A DNA stretch of 64,000 nucleotides, taken from positions 248,001 through 312,000 of the IMG/VR virus record IMGVR_UViG_3300036781_000418; one strand, given 5' to 3'. Positions 1-8,129 of this stretch are shown here, in pieces (positions within the stretch are counted from its first letter, which is position 1; each line of letters starts with the position of its first letter). The notes beneath the pieces are model-generated. The model ran no database searches. It had not been told where the DNA came from and was given only the letters and a program-made list of their open reading frames with translations. Made by a program: the position numbers and the translations under genes.

Positions 1-618
1 CGTGAGAAGGACTACGAAGCGCGGTGGCGGCCGCTGTCTGAATGGACCGAGTCGCAGTCCTACCCGCTCTACTACAAGCACCCCATCGACGGCCTGTTGA
101 AGATCCAAAAGGGTCCGTCGTACCGTCAAGTTCGGAAGCAGCGCGATCAAGCCCGTGAAGCTGAACATGCCAAGGTCTACCGTCGCATCGCGCCGTTGGT
201 TGAGGCGATCAACCACAACGGCATTTGGTACCGCTGCGAGTGGGAGCCCTACCCAGAACCAACCGTCATCTACGTCTGCCCGCCGCTGAGAACTCCTGAG
301 ATGTACGGCGTCGCCTCTTGGAGCGACCTCTCTGACGAAACCAAGCGCAAGCACGGCCAAGCGGTGAACCGCTACGACTACAAGCCTGGCCACATCCCTG
401 GTTACGAGCTGTGCAAGGTGATCGAGAACATCAGCCGAGTCGAACGTTTCTCAAAGGAAGTGCTTGGTTCAACCGTGCGGCGCGGCGCCGACGGTAACAA
501 GCCCAAGCTGGCAAAGTTCTACCTGCGTGACGTCACCCAGTGTTCACACAACCAGCTGCGTGACTACGGCCTGGTGAACACCCACGTCGCCAAACAGCGC
601 TCGCGCCGCGGTCGCTAA
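1..618 (+). CDS. Hypothetical phage protein, 5'-truncated by window edge
   Basis: Frame is open from base 1 (REKDYEARW...) into ORF 97..618. Confidence 0.75.
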   Translation, partial: REKDYEARWRPLSEWTESQSYPLYYKHPIDGLLKIQKGPSYRQVRKQRDQAREAEHAKVYRRIAPLVEAINHNGIWYRCEWEPYPEPTVIYVCPPLRTPEMYGVASWSDLSDETKRKHGQAVNRYDYKPGHIPGYELCKVIENISRVERFSKEVLGSTVRRGADGNKPKLAKFYLRDVTQCSHNQLRDYGLVNTHVAKQRSRRGR

Positions 619-699
619 ATACACCGTGCCACCCTGGCACGTCTAAACGGAGTCTTAATTTGGGCTCTTACTCCGTGAGCCGTTTCAATAGGAGATACC

Positions 700-1527
700 A
701 TGATGTATCAACAAAAGCTTGTCGTTTCCGTGAAGGCGAATGGCAAGGTCCTGCGGGAGCAGGGCGACAACGTCTTCGTGCCGTTCGGTTCGGAGTACAG
801 CCTCTTCATCAAGAACTTGAACACCGTGCGCGCGTCGGTTAGCATCAGCATCGACGGCGAAGACGCCACCAGCGGCTACTCACTGATCGTCGGTCCCAAC
901 GAGTCGTTGGAGGTTGAGCGCTTCATCAAGGACGGCAACCTTCAGGCTGGCCAGCGCTTCAAGTTCATCGAGCGCACGAACAAGGTTGAGCAGCACCGCG
1001 GTGTCGGCTCCGAGGATGGTCTGATCCGTGTGGAGTACCAGTTCGAAAAGCCGTACGTTCCGCCAGCCTACACGATCACCAGCACCTACTTCAACAACCC
1101 ACCACCAACGTACTACACGTGCGCTCGTGGGCGAATCGGCAGTGTGCAACCTAGTGCACAGGACTATGTAAAGGACTATTCAAAGGGTCTCGACAACGTC
1201 TTCCTGAACAGCACGTTCTGCAGCACTACCGGCGCCGCGACGTTCGACAGCGGTGAGGTCGCTCAAGCGCAGAATGTGGCCTTGAACGACGTGGGTATCA
1301 CGGTCGGCGGCTCGGTCTCGCAGCAGCTGTTTCACCAGGTGCTCGACTTCCAGAAGGAGGCGGCGAAGCACGTGATCGTCATGCACATGCGTGGTCAGGT
1401 TGGTGAGACGGTGATCAAGACTCCAGTCACCGTGAAGCACAAGGTTGAATGCCCAACCTGCGGAACTAAGAACAAGTCGTTCACGAAGTTCTGCGGCGAG
1501 TGCGGCACAGGTTTGTCAATGGTGTGA
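700..1527 (+). CDS. Hypothetical protein with C-terminal double zinc ribbon
   Basis: CPTC...KFCGECG at C-terminus; GGAG RBS; TAAATA at 616. Confidence 0.8.
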   Translation: MMYQQKLVVSVKANGKVLREQGDNVFVPFGSEYSLFIKNLNTVRASVSISIDGEDATSGYSLIVGPNESLEVERFIKDGNLQAGQRFKFIERTNKVEQHRGVGSEDGLIRVEYQFEKPYVPPAYTITSTYFNNPPPTYYTCARGRIGSVQPSAQDYVKDYSKGLDNVFLNSTFCSTTGAATFDSGEVAQAQNVALNDVGITVGGSVSQQLFHQVLDFQKEAAKHVIVMHMRGQVGETVIKTPVTVKHKVECPTCGTKNKSFTKFCGECGTGLSMV

Positions 1528-1575
1528 CCCAACTCTAGTTGATCCCCTCGCTCGTGGTGTCGTTAAAATGGCACC

Positions 1576-1989
1576 ATGAAGATCTACCTCAACCGCAAGT
1601 TCACTGAGAACCTCAACACGTTCGGCAACGGTATCCTCATGGGGATCGTCGAGTCGCCGACGATCCTGTGGGCCATCGTTCGATGGCCCTTTCGGCTTGT
1701 CAAGAACATCTGCCTTACCATCTTCGAGTACGGTGGCGCTGAGGTTGGGTTGACGGTGCTCTTGATTGGAACAATTGTTGGGATTATAACCATCCTCATT
1801 GGTGTCCTCACCATGGCAACAAACGGGGCTGACGCCACGCCATCAGAGATCCGCGAGGCTCGAGCGGTCAGCGCCTGCACCGACCAGGCTATCAAGGACG
1901 CTGGCGTCAAGAACGGTGACGTTCCACTGATCCACCTGCAGGTTAAGAACATCGTCAAGGTCTGCGCGACGAAGGAGGCCCTCAAGTGA
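1576..1989 (+). CDS. Membrane protein, paralog 1 of tandem trio
   Basis: Hydrophobic N-half, two conserved Cys, ends ALK. Confidence 0.75.
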   Translation: MKIYLNRKFTENLNTFGNGILMGIVESPTILWAIVRWPFRLVKNICLTIFEYGGAEVGLTVLLIGTIVGIITILIGVLTMATNGADATPSEIREARAVSACTDQAIKDAGVKNGDVPLIHLQVKNIVKVCATKEALK

Positions 1990-2411
1990 GCTTTAACCCA
2001 ACCTACCACCTGTGGCGGCGACGAGTAACCTCCGTCAAGTCCATCGTCTACGACCTCCTCCTGTTGGTCTGCTGGCCGATCCTGCTGCCGTACCGCGCAA
2101 TGCGCTGGTTCTTTCGCCAAGATGGTGCTGACATCTTCGGTATACTCTTCTTAGGGTTCATTGGTAGCGTGATCACACTGTTCATCGGCGCGCTGGTCAT
2201 GGAGGGAATCAGCGGGCGACCAGCTACACGCGAAGAGATTCAGGAGACGCGTGGAATCAGCTACTGCACGGCCAAGTACGTCAAGGACATGGCCACCTCG
2301 AACAAGGACGTTCCAGTCACACTCAAGCAGCTGCACACGGCCAAGCGTGAATGCGCCGAGATGTACGAGCGGCTGGCCGCTCAAAAGGAACAAGCGGAGG
2401 CCCTCAAATGA
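1986..2411 (+). CDS. Membrane protein, paralog 2 of tandem trio
   Basis: GTGA overlap; same TM plus 2-Cys architecture. Confidence 0.75.
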   Translation: MSFNPTYHLWRRRVTSVKSIVYDLLLLVCWPILLPYRAMRWFFRQDGADIFGILFLGFIGSVITLFIGALVMEGISGRPATREEIQETRGISYCTAKYVKDMATSNKDVPVTLKQLHTAKRECAEMYERLAAQKEQAEALK

Positions 2412-2815
2412 GCGCACTAGCAAGCTTTCGGATGTGGAAGCGTCGGGCCGATGACGTCGCCGGCCTCCTGCTCTTCTTGGGTTTCACGGTCATAAAGTGG
2501 CCGCTCAAGGCGCTTGGCTTCTGCTGGGACTTGGTGTGCTACATGTTCGACAGTGCGTTCATTGTCGTGCTGCTACCGATGTCGGTGATTGGGCTGCTGT
2601 TCCTTGGCAACATGGTAGACAGCCACAACAACCAGCCAGTCTCGCCTGAGGTGCTCGCTGCCGAACGGGCTGGTTCCACCTGCATGGCCACCAACCTGCG
2701 CGAGCAGCTGGCAGCCAACAAGAACAAACCCATTACCAAGCGACAACTCAACACGGTCCGAGAGACCTGCCAGCCCATCATCGACAGCGAGCGCCAGGCC
2801 GCCGCCCTCAAGTAA
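2408..2815 (+). CDS. Membrane protein, paralog 3 of tandem trio
   Basis: ATGA overlap at 2408; same architecture. Confidence 0.75.
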   Translation: MSALASFRMWKRRADDVAGLLLFLGFTVIKWPLKALGFCWDLVCYMFDSAFIVVLLPMSVIGLLFLGNMVDSHNNQPVSPEVLAAERAGSTCMATNLREQLAANKNKPITKRQLNTVRETCQPIIDSERQAAALK

Positions 2816-2836
2816 TTCAACCACCACAGGACCCAC

Positions 2837-3061
2837 ATGTACCTGCACACGATCGACGAACCCCGCTCCAAGGCCTTCTTCCGCGGTCGCCTGACCAAGG
2901 TGGAGGAGATCCAGATTCGTGCCGCCTCGGAGGCCGGGTTGGAGAGCATGATCGACACCCACTTCTCGGCGGACCGCATCACCATCGAGACCCTCAAGGA
3001 GGTCAAGGCCGACCTCCACGCCGAACTCGCCGCCTTCACCCAGACCAACTGGTGGAAGTGA
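2837..3061 (+). CDS. Hypothetical protein
   Basis: AGGA RBS, phage-like codon usage. Confidence 0.65.
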   Translation: MYLHTIDEPRSKAFFRGRLTKVEEIQIRAASEAGLESMIDTHFSADRITIETLKEVKADLHAELAAFTQTNWWK

Positions 3062-3096
3062 TGTCCGAGGACTCAATCCCATTGGAGTTTAGCAAA

Positions 3097-3945
3097 ATGT
3101 CAACTGAACAAAAATCATCCGCCGTCATCGTGATCATCGGCGTCGTGGCGGTCCTTGGGGCCGTCGCCACCTTCCTCGTCTGGCTCTTGCTCATGACCAC
3201 CCTTACGGTGGAACCGGGCCATGAGCAGGTCATCGTGGACAAACCCTACTTCTTCGGCCATGAGGGCGTCCGCACTGAACCGCTGAAGGACGGCCGCATC
3301 ACGGTGTGGCGCACCACCACGTCCTACGACGTGAACATGACGCCACAGTCCACCCACGTCGTCTTCGATGACTTCAGCTCGCACGACAACATCCTGTTGG
3401 ACTTCGAGACGACGATCCAGTTCCGCTACACGAACTCAGTGACGCTCATCTCCAAGTTCGGCGAGGAGTGGTTCGCGAACAACGTGGGTCGTCAGTACGG
3501 CGCCATCGTCCGAGAAGCCGTGAAACGCCGCACGATGTCGGACATGATGTCGGACGTCGACACCGCCACGCAGTTGGACGCTGAGGTCACGCTCGCCTTG
3601 GAGAAGCACGTCAAGGACAACGGCCTGCCCGTTCAAATCCTCGGCGTCTCCCTTGGCCGTGCCAAGCCGAACCCCAACGTCCTGGCGCAGATGAACGAGA
3701 CGGCGGCCCAGCAGCAACGCCAGAAGACCTTGGTCGCCGCGACGGCCGCTGAAGGTCAACGTGAGCTGGAGCAGGTGGCCAAGGCGAAGGCGGACAACGC
3801 GTACCGCAACGCCATGAACTTGACCCCTGAGATGTTCATCCAGCTCGAGAAGATCAAGCGCTACTCGGACGCTTGCCAGAAACCCGGCAACGTGTGCGTG
3901 GTGGACGCGACGGGCAACACCAACGTGAACGTCGGCGTGAAGTAA
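3097..3945 (+). CDS. SPFH/band-7 (prohibitin-like) membrane protein
   Basis: N-terminal TM, VEPGHEQV motif, C-terminal coiled coil. Confidence 0.8.
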   Translation: MSTEQKSSAVIVIIGVVAVLGAVATFLVWLLLMTTLTVEPGHEQVIVDKPYFFGHEGVRTEPLKDGRITVWRTTTSYDVNMTPQSTHVVFDDFSSHDNILLDFETTIQFRYTNSVTLISKFGEEWFANNVGRQYGAIVREAVKRRTMSDMMSDVDTATQLDAEVTLALEKHVKDNGLPVQILGVSLGRAKPNPNVLAQMNETAAQQQRQKTLVAATAAEGQRELEQVAKAKADNAYRNAMNLTPEMFIQLEKIKRYSDACQKPGNVCVVDATGNTNVNVGVK

Positions 3946-4032
3946 ATAGAGCAGCCTAGGTCCCACACGTCAAAAGCACGTCACGACCTAGGTGTTACTA
4001 TTTTGCATTCAACTTTCACTTTTGGAGAACCC

Positions 4033-4863
4033 ATGATCAAATCTATCCACACCCTCAAGAACCTCCTCGTGTCCCGCACGATTGAAGTCCGAACCAAGGC
4101 TCGCGTCGCCAAGATCGCCGCCATTCAAGTCGAGCTCCCTCACCTGCTCATCGACATCTCCTCCGCCAAAGCCTCTCCGTACGACACGTCTAAGGTTGCC
4201 GCCGACATGCTCGAGCTGGCCCTTGACCTGCTGCTGACGAACACGGCCTACGACCTCGATGTGATGGTGTCCAACCTTACGACCAAGCTGTCCGCCACGC
4301 TACCGAACATCGTGCCCAACGCGGCCGCGGCCGCCGTCGACATCAAGGATATCCTGAAATCTAGCGGTGCCGGTGCCACGGCCAAGGCCAAGCTTATCGC
4401 GGACCTTGCGCAGAAGAAGATCGACGCCGCAATGACCGCCTGGCCGTTCGCCAAGCCCACCGTACCAGCTGACACGGTGGACACAACTCGGGCCGCGAAG
4501 AACGCCATGAAGGACGCCATCTTCAACGGCCTTCGGACCAACAGCTCCACCCCGGTTGCACCAACGCTGTCGACGGTGAAGGGCGTACCACCGCGCAAGG
4601 TGAACGGCAAGCCGGCCGTTTGGGCCAACGTCCGCAAAGGCGCTGGTATCACGACTGGCAAGCGTCGCATTACAGGAATGGCAACTGACTACAGTGGCTT
4701 CACGCAGGTGGGCATCGGCAAGGACGCCGCGTGCGGCTGGAAGGTGAAGACCGGCGTGACGGAAGCTCCGTTCCTGACCTTCATCATCGGTAGCGAGAAC
4801 GGCGTCAAGGTCTCCTTCGACGAAGCACTCACCTACTGGAACCTCTCGCTCAACGCGAAGTAA
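4033..4863 (+). CDS. Hypothetical protein
   Basis: GGAG RBS before ATG 4033, long ORF. Confidence 0.75.
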   Translation: MIKSIHTLKNLLVSRTIEVRTKARVAKIAAIQVELPHLLIDISSAKASPYDTSKVAADMLELALDLLLTNTAYDLDVMVSNLTTKLSATLPNIVPNAAAAAVDIKDILKSSGAGATAKAKLIADLAQKKIDAAMTAWPFAKPTVPADTVDTTRAAKNAMKDAIFNGLRTNSSTPVAPTLSTVKGVPPRKVNGKPAVWANVRKGAGITTGKRRITGMATDYSGFTQVGIGKDAACGWKVKTGVTEAPFLTFIIGSENGVKVSFDEALTYWNLSLNAK

Positions 4864-4916
4864 GCGTCTTTCGGCCGGGTTACGTAAATAGGGACTGACT
4901 AAGTCCCTATTTTGGT

Positions 4917-5129
4917 ATGCGCAAGACCACTGAACTCGACGAAGACATTACCTCCGGCATCTCACCTTCGAAGCCAGCTTACCCAACGGGGCGCTTTGAC
5001 CCTGAAGCCTGGCGGAACGGCAAGGGCCCTAAGAAGGACGACGCTGAGGAAGACAAGGGCAAGACCAAGAAGGTCTTGCCGAAGCGCCGCTCCTTTAGGG
5101 CCTACGTTGACGAGCAAAAGCGCTCGTAA
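4917..5129 (+). CDS. Small charged hypothetical protein
   Basis: ORF after TAAATA motif. Confidence 0.55.
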   Translation: MRKTTELDEDITSGISPSKPAYPTGRFDPEAWRNGKGPKKDDAEEDKGKTKKVLPKRRSFRAYVDEQKRS

Positions 5130-5243
5130 ATCTAGATCAACGCTAAATAGACTACGTGCTTCCCAGTCCTGAATAAGGTTAGCACACCTTCGATAGTTGA
5201 GCTACAATACACCTATCGACGCTGCAACAACATTGGCAATCAA

Positions 5244-5375
5244 ATGAACTTCACTCGCTCCATCAACAAACACAATCGATTCTGGCAACGCCAGGATACG
5301 ACCATGTTTGTGCGCGAGCAGAAGCATGAGATTGATAATAGCACCTCCCCAGGACGGAGGATCAGTACCGAGTAA
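5244..5375 (+). CDS. Putative leader peptide (43 aa) of tRNA array
   Basis: ATG 5244 to TAA 5373-5375; MNFTRSINKHNRFWQRQDTTMFVREQKHEIDNSTSPGRRISTE; overlaps antiterminator arm. Confidence 0.7.
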   Translation: MNFTRSINKHNRFWQRQDTTMFVREQKHEIDNSTSPGRRISTE

Positions 5376-5438
5376 GATACTCGAACTGTTCGAATCTAAA
5401 CCTGGGGAGCTATGAAAGTAGCTCCCCAGGTCCGTTTT
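5344..5438 (+). promoter_or_regulatory. Candidate attenuator (antiterminator/terminator)
   Basis: CTCCCCAGG 5345-5353 complements CCTGGGGAG 5401-5409; terminator stem 5401-5412/5419-5430 followed by TCCGTTTT. Confidence 0.65.
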
Positions 5439-5442
5439 AAGA

Positions 5443-5640
5443 CCGCCTTTGCTTCATTTGGCGGGATATAAATCAAAGACTGCTAAGAAACGACCGAGTA
5501 CTCTTCAGGTCGCCGAGCACGGAAAGGGAATGTTGGTAATGAGATCTTGCGTGTGCAAGATCTCATTCTTAGTCACACACGGTGTCGTGCCTAGTAGCAG
5601 GTCCTGCGTAGTAGGTTGTGAGTGTGACTAAGAATGAGAA
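5443..5640 (+). ncRNA. Structured non-coding region preceding first tRNA
   Basis: Perfect 13-bp and 18-bp stems sharing TCTCATT; additional short hairpins. Confidence 0.5.
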
Positions 5641-5641
5641 T

Positions 5642-5716
5642 GGGAGTATGGCGTAGTCGGAAACGTACTTGGCTCTTACCCATGTGTCCACGGTTCGAAT
5701 CCGTGTGCTCCCACCA
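5642..5716 (+). tRNA. tRNA-Lys(CTT)
   Basis: Cloverleaf, loop CTCTTAC, TTCGAAT, CCA end. Confidence 0.85.
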
Positions 5717-5724
5717 TCCAACAT

Positions 5725-5799
5725 GCCTCCGTCGTCTAGTGGCTAGGACATTGCACTTTCACTGCAAGAAAGACGGATCGAAACCGTTCGGAGGCACCA
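5725..5799 (+). tRNA. tRNA-Glu(TTC)
   Basis: TTGCA-CTTTCAC-TGCAA anticodon arm, CCA end. Confidence 0.9.
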
Positions 5800-5843
5800 A
5801 CACTAAGGACGATGAAAGTCGCCCTTCTAAGTAGAATGAGCGT

Positions 5844-6071
5844 ATGAAGCTTCCATCTACACACCAAATCGGCGACAACGTCAACTACACCCTCAAGCAA
5901 GAGGGACCTTGCCGCCTTATCGTACCAGCCATCGTACGACGTGTCATCTTTACTGAAAGCAAGGTGATTTACGACCTTACTACAAAAGATAACGTCGTTC
6001 AAGAAGTTGATTCAGTTTGGATCAGCTCAGCGGAGATGGAGCAAGACAGTTCCCCAGTAGCACAGTGGTAG
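5844..6071 (+). CDS. Small hypothetical protein within tRNA array
   Basis: ORF whose TAG lies in the D-loop of tRNA-Asn. Confidence 0.6.
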   Translation: MKLPSTHQIGDNVNYTLKQEGPCRLIVPAIVRRVIFTESKVIYDLTTKDNVVQEVDSVWISSAEMEQDSSPVAQW

Positions 6072-6126
6072 TTGCGCCTGACTGTTAATCAGGATGTCGG
6101 TGGTTCGAGCCCATCCTGGGGAGCCA
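6051..6126 (+). tRNA. tRNA-Asn(GTT)
   Basis: TCCCCAG/CTGGGGA acceptor, CTGTTAA loop, GCCA. Confidence 0.92.
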
Positions 6127-6137
6127 ACAAGATTTAT

Positions 6138-6213
6138 GGGTCCGTAGCTCAGTGGTAGAGCGTCTGCCTGAAGAGCAGAGCGTCGTCGGTTCGAATCCGA
6201 CCGTGACCCACCA
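6138..6213 (+). tRNA. tRNA-Phe(GAA)
   Basis: Canonical cloverleaf, CTGAAGA loop. Confidence 0.92.
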
Positions 6214-6214
6214 T

Positions 6215-6290
6215 GTGTCTCAAGCCAATCAGGTGATGGCGTCGGTCTGAAGAACCGAACAGTCCGGTTCAATTCCGGAGGGACACACCA
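6215..6290 (+). tRNA. tRNA-Phe(GAA), second copy
   Basis: TCGGT-CTGAAGA-ACCGA, CCA end. Confidence 0.85.
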
Positions 6291-6299
6291 ATCCAACAT

Positions 6300-6373
6300 G
6301 GAGCGTTGATATATGGGTATTATGCTTGACTGTCTATCAGGCCAAACGGGTTCGAGTCCCGTACGCTCCGCCA
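6300..6373 (+). tRNA. tRNA-Asp(GTC)
   Basis: CTTGA-CTGTCTA-TCAGG, GCCA. Confidence 0.88.
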
Positions 6374-6382
6374 ACTTACAAT

Positions 6383-6474
6383 TCCCTTGTACTCTAATGG
6401 TAAGAGACCTGGCTGTTAACCAGACGTAGTCCGTCTAGAACGGTATGGAGGTTCGAGTCCTTCCGAGGGAGCCA
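6383..6474 (+). tRNA. tRNA-Asn(GTT) with long variable arm (92 nt)
   Basis: CTGTTAA loop; extra CCGT-CTAGA-ACGG hairpin in variable region. Confidence 0.75.
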
Positions 6475-6478
6475 ACAT

Positions 6479-6553
6479 GGTGCTGAAGCTGAATGGTTAC
6501 GCAGCGGTCTCATAAGCCGTGTGTCGTGGGTTCGATTCCCACCTGCACCACCA
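6479..6553 (+). tRNA. tRNA-Met/Ile2(CAT), elongator type
   Basis: G1-C72, CTCATAA loop. Confidence 0.85.
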
Positions 6554-6664
6554 GCATTTTAGACGCGCAACATCCTTGAGAATAATGGGTTGCTCCACCA
6601 AGGTAGAGGCAGGGGTTGCATACAAAAGCGTTGAAGGAACGACCGATAGGCCTTCACCAACAGT

Positions 6665-6738
6665 TGGGGTGTAGTGTAATGGAAGCACAACAGGCTTTGA
6701 CCCTGTTAGCGTGGGATCGATACCCGCCGCCCCTGCCA
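6665..6738 (+). tRNA. tRNA-Gln(TTG)
   Basis: ACAGG-CTTTGAC-CCTGT, GCCA. Confidence 0.88.
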
Positions 6739-6767
6739 GATAAATATGAGGATCAACGAAAGCATCA

Positions 6768-7226
6768 ATGAACCTCACAAAACTTACCCAACTCAATGAG
6801 TCGACTGACGCTGACCTACTTTCCAAGCTGGACAATGTGTGTAAGCTCTCCATTCAGATGGAGTTGAAGCCGATTAAGTTCGCCAAGAACACCTCCAATG
6901 AGGACAAAGCCGAGGCCACAAAGCTCGCCATTGATCACTACAAGTCACGACTGGACAACTTTTGGTTTGATTCCAGGGCGCTTACGTCAGGCGTAAACGG
7001 CATCAAGGCCTACATGGAAGAATGCTCAAAGCATGGATTTAAGTACGACGCTGCGGCTTGTGAAAAGTTGATCGGAGAGATGACGCATGCGAAGTTAGTT
7101 GGCGACCTTGCTTCAACCATCACCACGCACATTGCCCTTGCCGCCCAAGGCCGTACGAACCGCACTTGGGATTCAGATCAGCAAACTGCGGCGATCCTTC
7201 TGATGAAGGTCGTCGGTATCAAATAA
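6768..7226 (+). CDS. Late protein with internal-protein-like N-terminus; paralog of 9915..10358
   Basis: TAAATA 6741; MNLTKLTQLNE. Confidence 0.75.
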   Translation: MNLTKLTQLNESTDADLLSKLDNVCKLSIQMELKPIKFAKNTSNEDKAEATKLAIDHYKSRLDNFWFDSRALTSGVNGIKAYMEECSKHGFKYDAAACEKLIGEMTHAKLVGDLASTITTHIALAAQGRTNRTWDSDQQTAAILLMKVVGIK

Positions 7227-7231
7227 ACAAA

Positions 7232-7302
7232 CTCACCGCCAAAGGAATGGTCCGAACGCTACGAACGTTTGGCAGGAGGTTCGAGTCCTCTCGGTGGGTC
7301 CA
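7232..7302 (+). tRNA. Atypical tRNA-Arg(ACG), shortened D region
   Basis: CTCACCG/CGGTGGG acceptor, CTACGAA loop, intact T arm, TCCA end. Confidence 0.7.
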
Positions 7303-7310
7303 CCAACAAT

Positions 7311-7385
7311 GGCGTTCGTAGTGTAATGGTAGCACCAGAGACTGTGAATCTTTTAGTGCGGGTTCGAACCCCGTCGATCGCCCCA
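7311..7385 (+). tRNA. tRNA-His(GTG)
   Basis: Encoded G-1:C73 pair, CTGTGAA loop. Confidence 0.9.
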
Positions 7386-7391
7386 ATTAAC

Positions 7392-7465
7392 GCGTTCGTG
7401 GTGTAATGACTGCATAACCGGCCGAAAGCTGGCAGGGCCTGGGTAGAGACCAGGCGAACGCACCA
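7392..7465 (+). pseudogene. Degenerate tRNA-like gene
   Basis: Perfect acceptor and T stems, ACCA end; T loop GTAGAGA; anticodon loop lacks U33. Confidence 0.6.
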
Positions 7466-7537
7466 AAATTGACAACCGCTTTGGTTGACGGTTATCTCAT
7501 TTCCAGAATCCCCCGTCACCTGTTCTTTGTTGTCTAT

Positions 7538-7612
7538 GGCTGCCTAGCTCAGTGGTAGAGCAATGTCTTGATAAGGCATAGGTCGTTGGTCCGATTCCAA
7601 CGGTAGCCACCA
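7538..7612 (+). tRNA. tRNA-Ile(GAT)
   Basis: ATGTC-TTGATAA-GGCAT, ACCA. Confidence 0.88.
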
Positions 7613-7616
7613 AATT

Positions 7617-7690
7617 GCCTCTGTAATTCAATGGCAGAATACCGTGCTGATAACGCGGCTACGCAGGTTCGATTCCTGACGGAGGCACCA
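7617..7690 (+). tRNA. tRNA-Ile(GAT), second copy
   Basis: CCGTG-CTGATAA-CGCGG, ACCA. Confidence 0.88.
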
Positions 7691-7722
7691 GCTAAATAGT
7701 CATGTACTCAATGGAGATCTAC

Positions 7723-7971
7723 ATGGCTGATACGACCACAACCCCTGCAACTGACCTTTCCACCGCGGTTGACTCCGCCGCCGTTCAGGCGATCGTGGAC
7801 AAGAAGTTCTGGCAGTCGAAGACTTTTTGGGCCAACGTCATTCTCGCTGGAGCGATCCTCTTGCAGATGAAGACAGGCTTCTTGATCAGCCCAGACCTAC
7901 AAGGTCTCGCGATCACTGGTATCAACCTCGTGCTGCGTAAGTTCACGAGCGGAGCCGTCACGCTCTGGTAA
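7723..7971 (+). CDS. Small membrane protein, holin-like
   Basis: KKFWQSKTFWANV motif plus 2 hydrophobic segments; TAAATA 7693. Confidence 0.6.
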   Translation: MADTTTTPATDLSTAVDSAAVQAIVDKKFWQSKTFWANVILAGAILLQMKTGFLISPDLQGLAITGINLVLRKFTSGAVTLW

Positions 7972-7979
7972 CAAACTGA

Positions 7980-8053
7980 TGGGACGTGGTGTAGTGGTAA
8001 CATGTGGGGATCTGACCCCCTCGCCCTAGGTTCGATTCCTAGCGTCCTTGCCA
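7980..8053 (+). tRNA. tRNA-Gln(CTG)
   Basis: ATCTGAC loop, TTCGATT, GCCA. Confidence 0.8.
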
Positions 8054-8059
8054 AACAAT

Positions 8060-8124
8060 GGGACCAATTCGGTCACTTGATTTTCGTTCCTTAAGAACCG
8101 TAAGTCATCGTTATCGTCCCGCCA
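8060..8124 (+). pseudogene. tRNA remnant
   Basis: GGGAC/GTCCC-GCCA ends; no recognisable T loop. Confidence 0.4.
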
Positions 8125-8129
8125 ACAAT

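Noticed and set aside
6027-7519. ORF-track entries overlapping tRNA genes on the minus strand
   Set aside because: These are spurious translations of tRNA antisense sequence.
8060-8124. Ochre-suppressor tRNA (CCTTAAG loop could give a TTA anticodon)
   Set aside because: No T loop or D arm and a weak anticodon stem; treated as a remnant.
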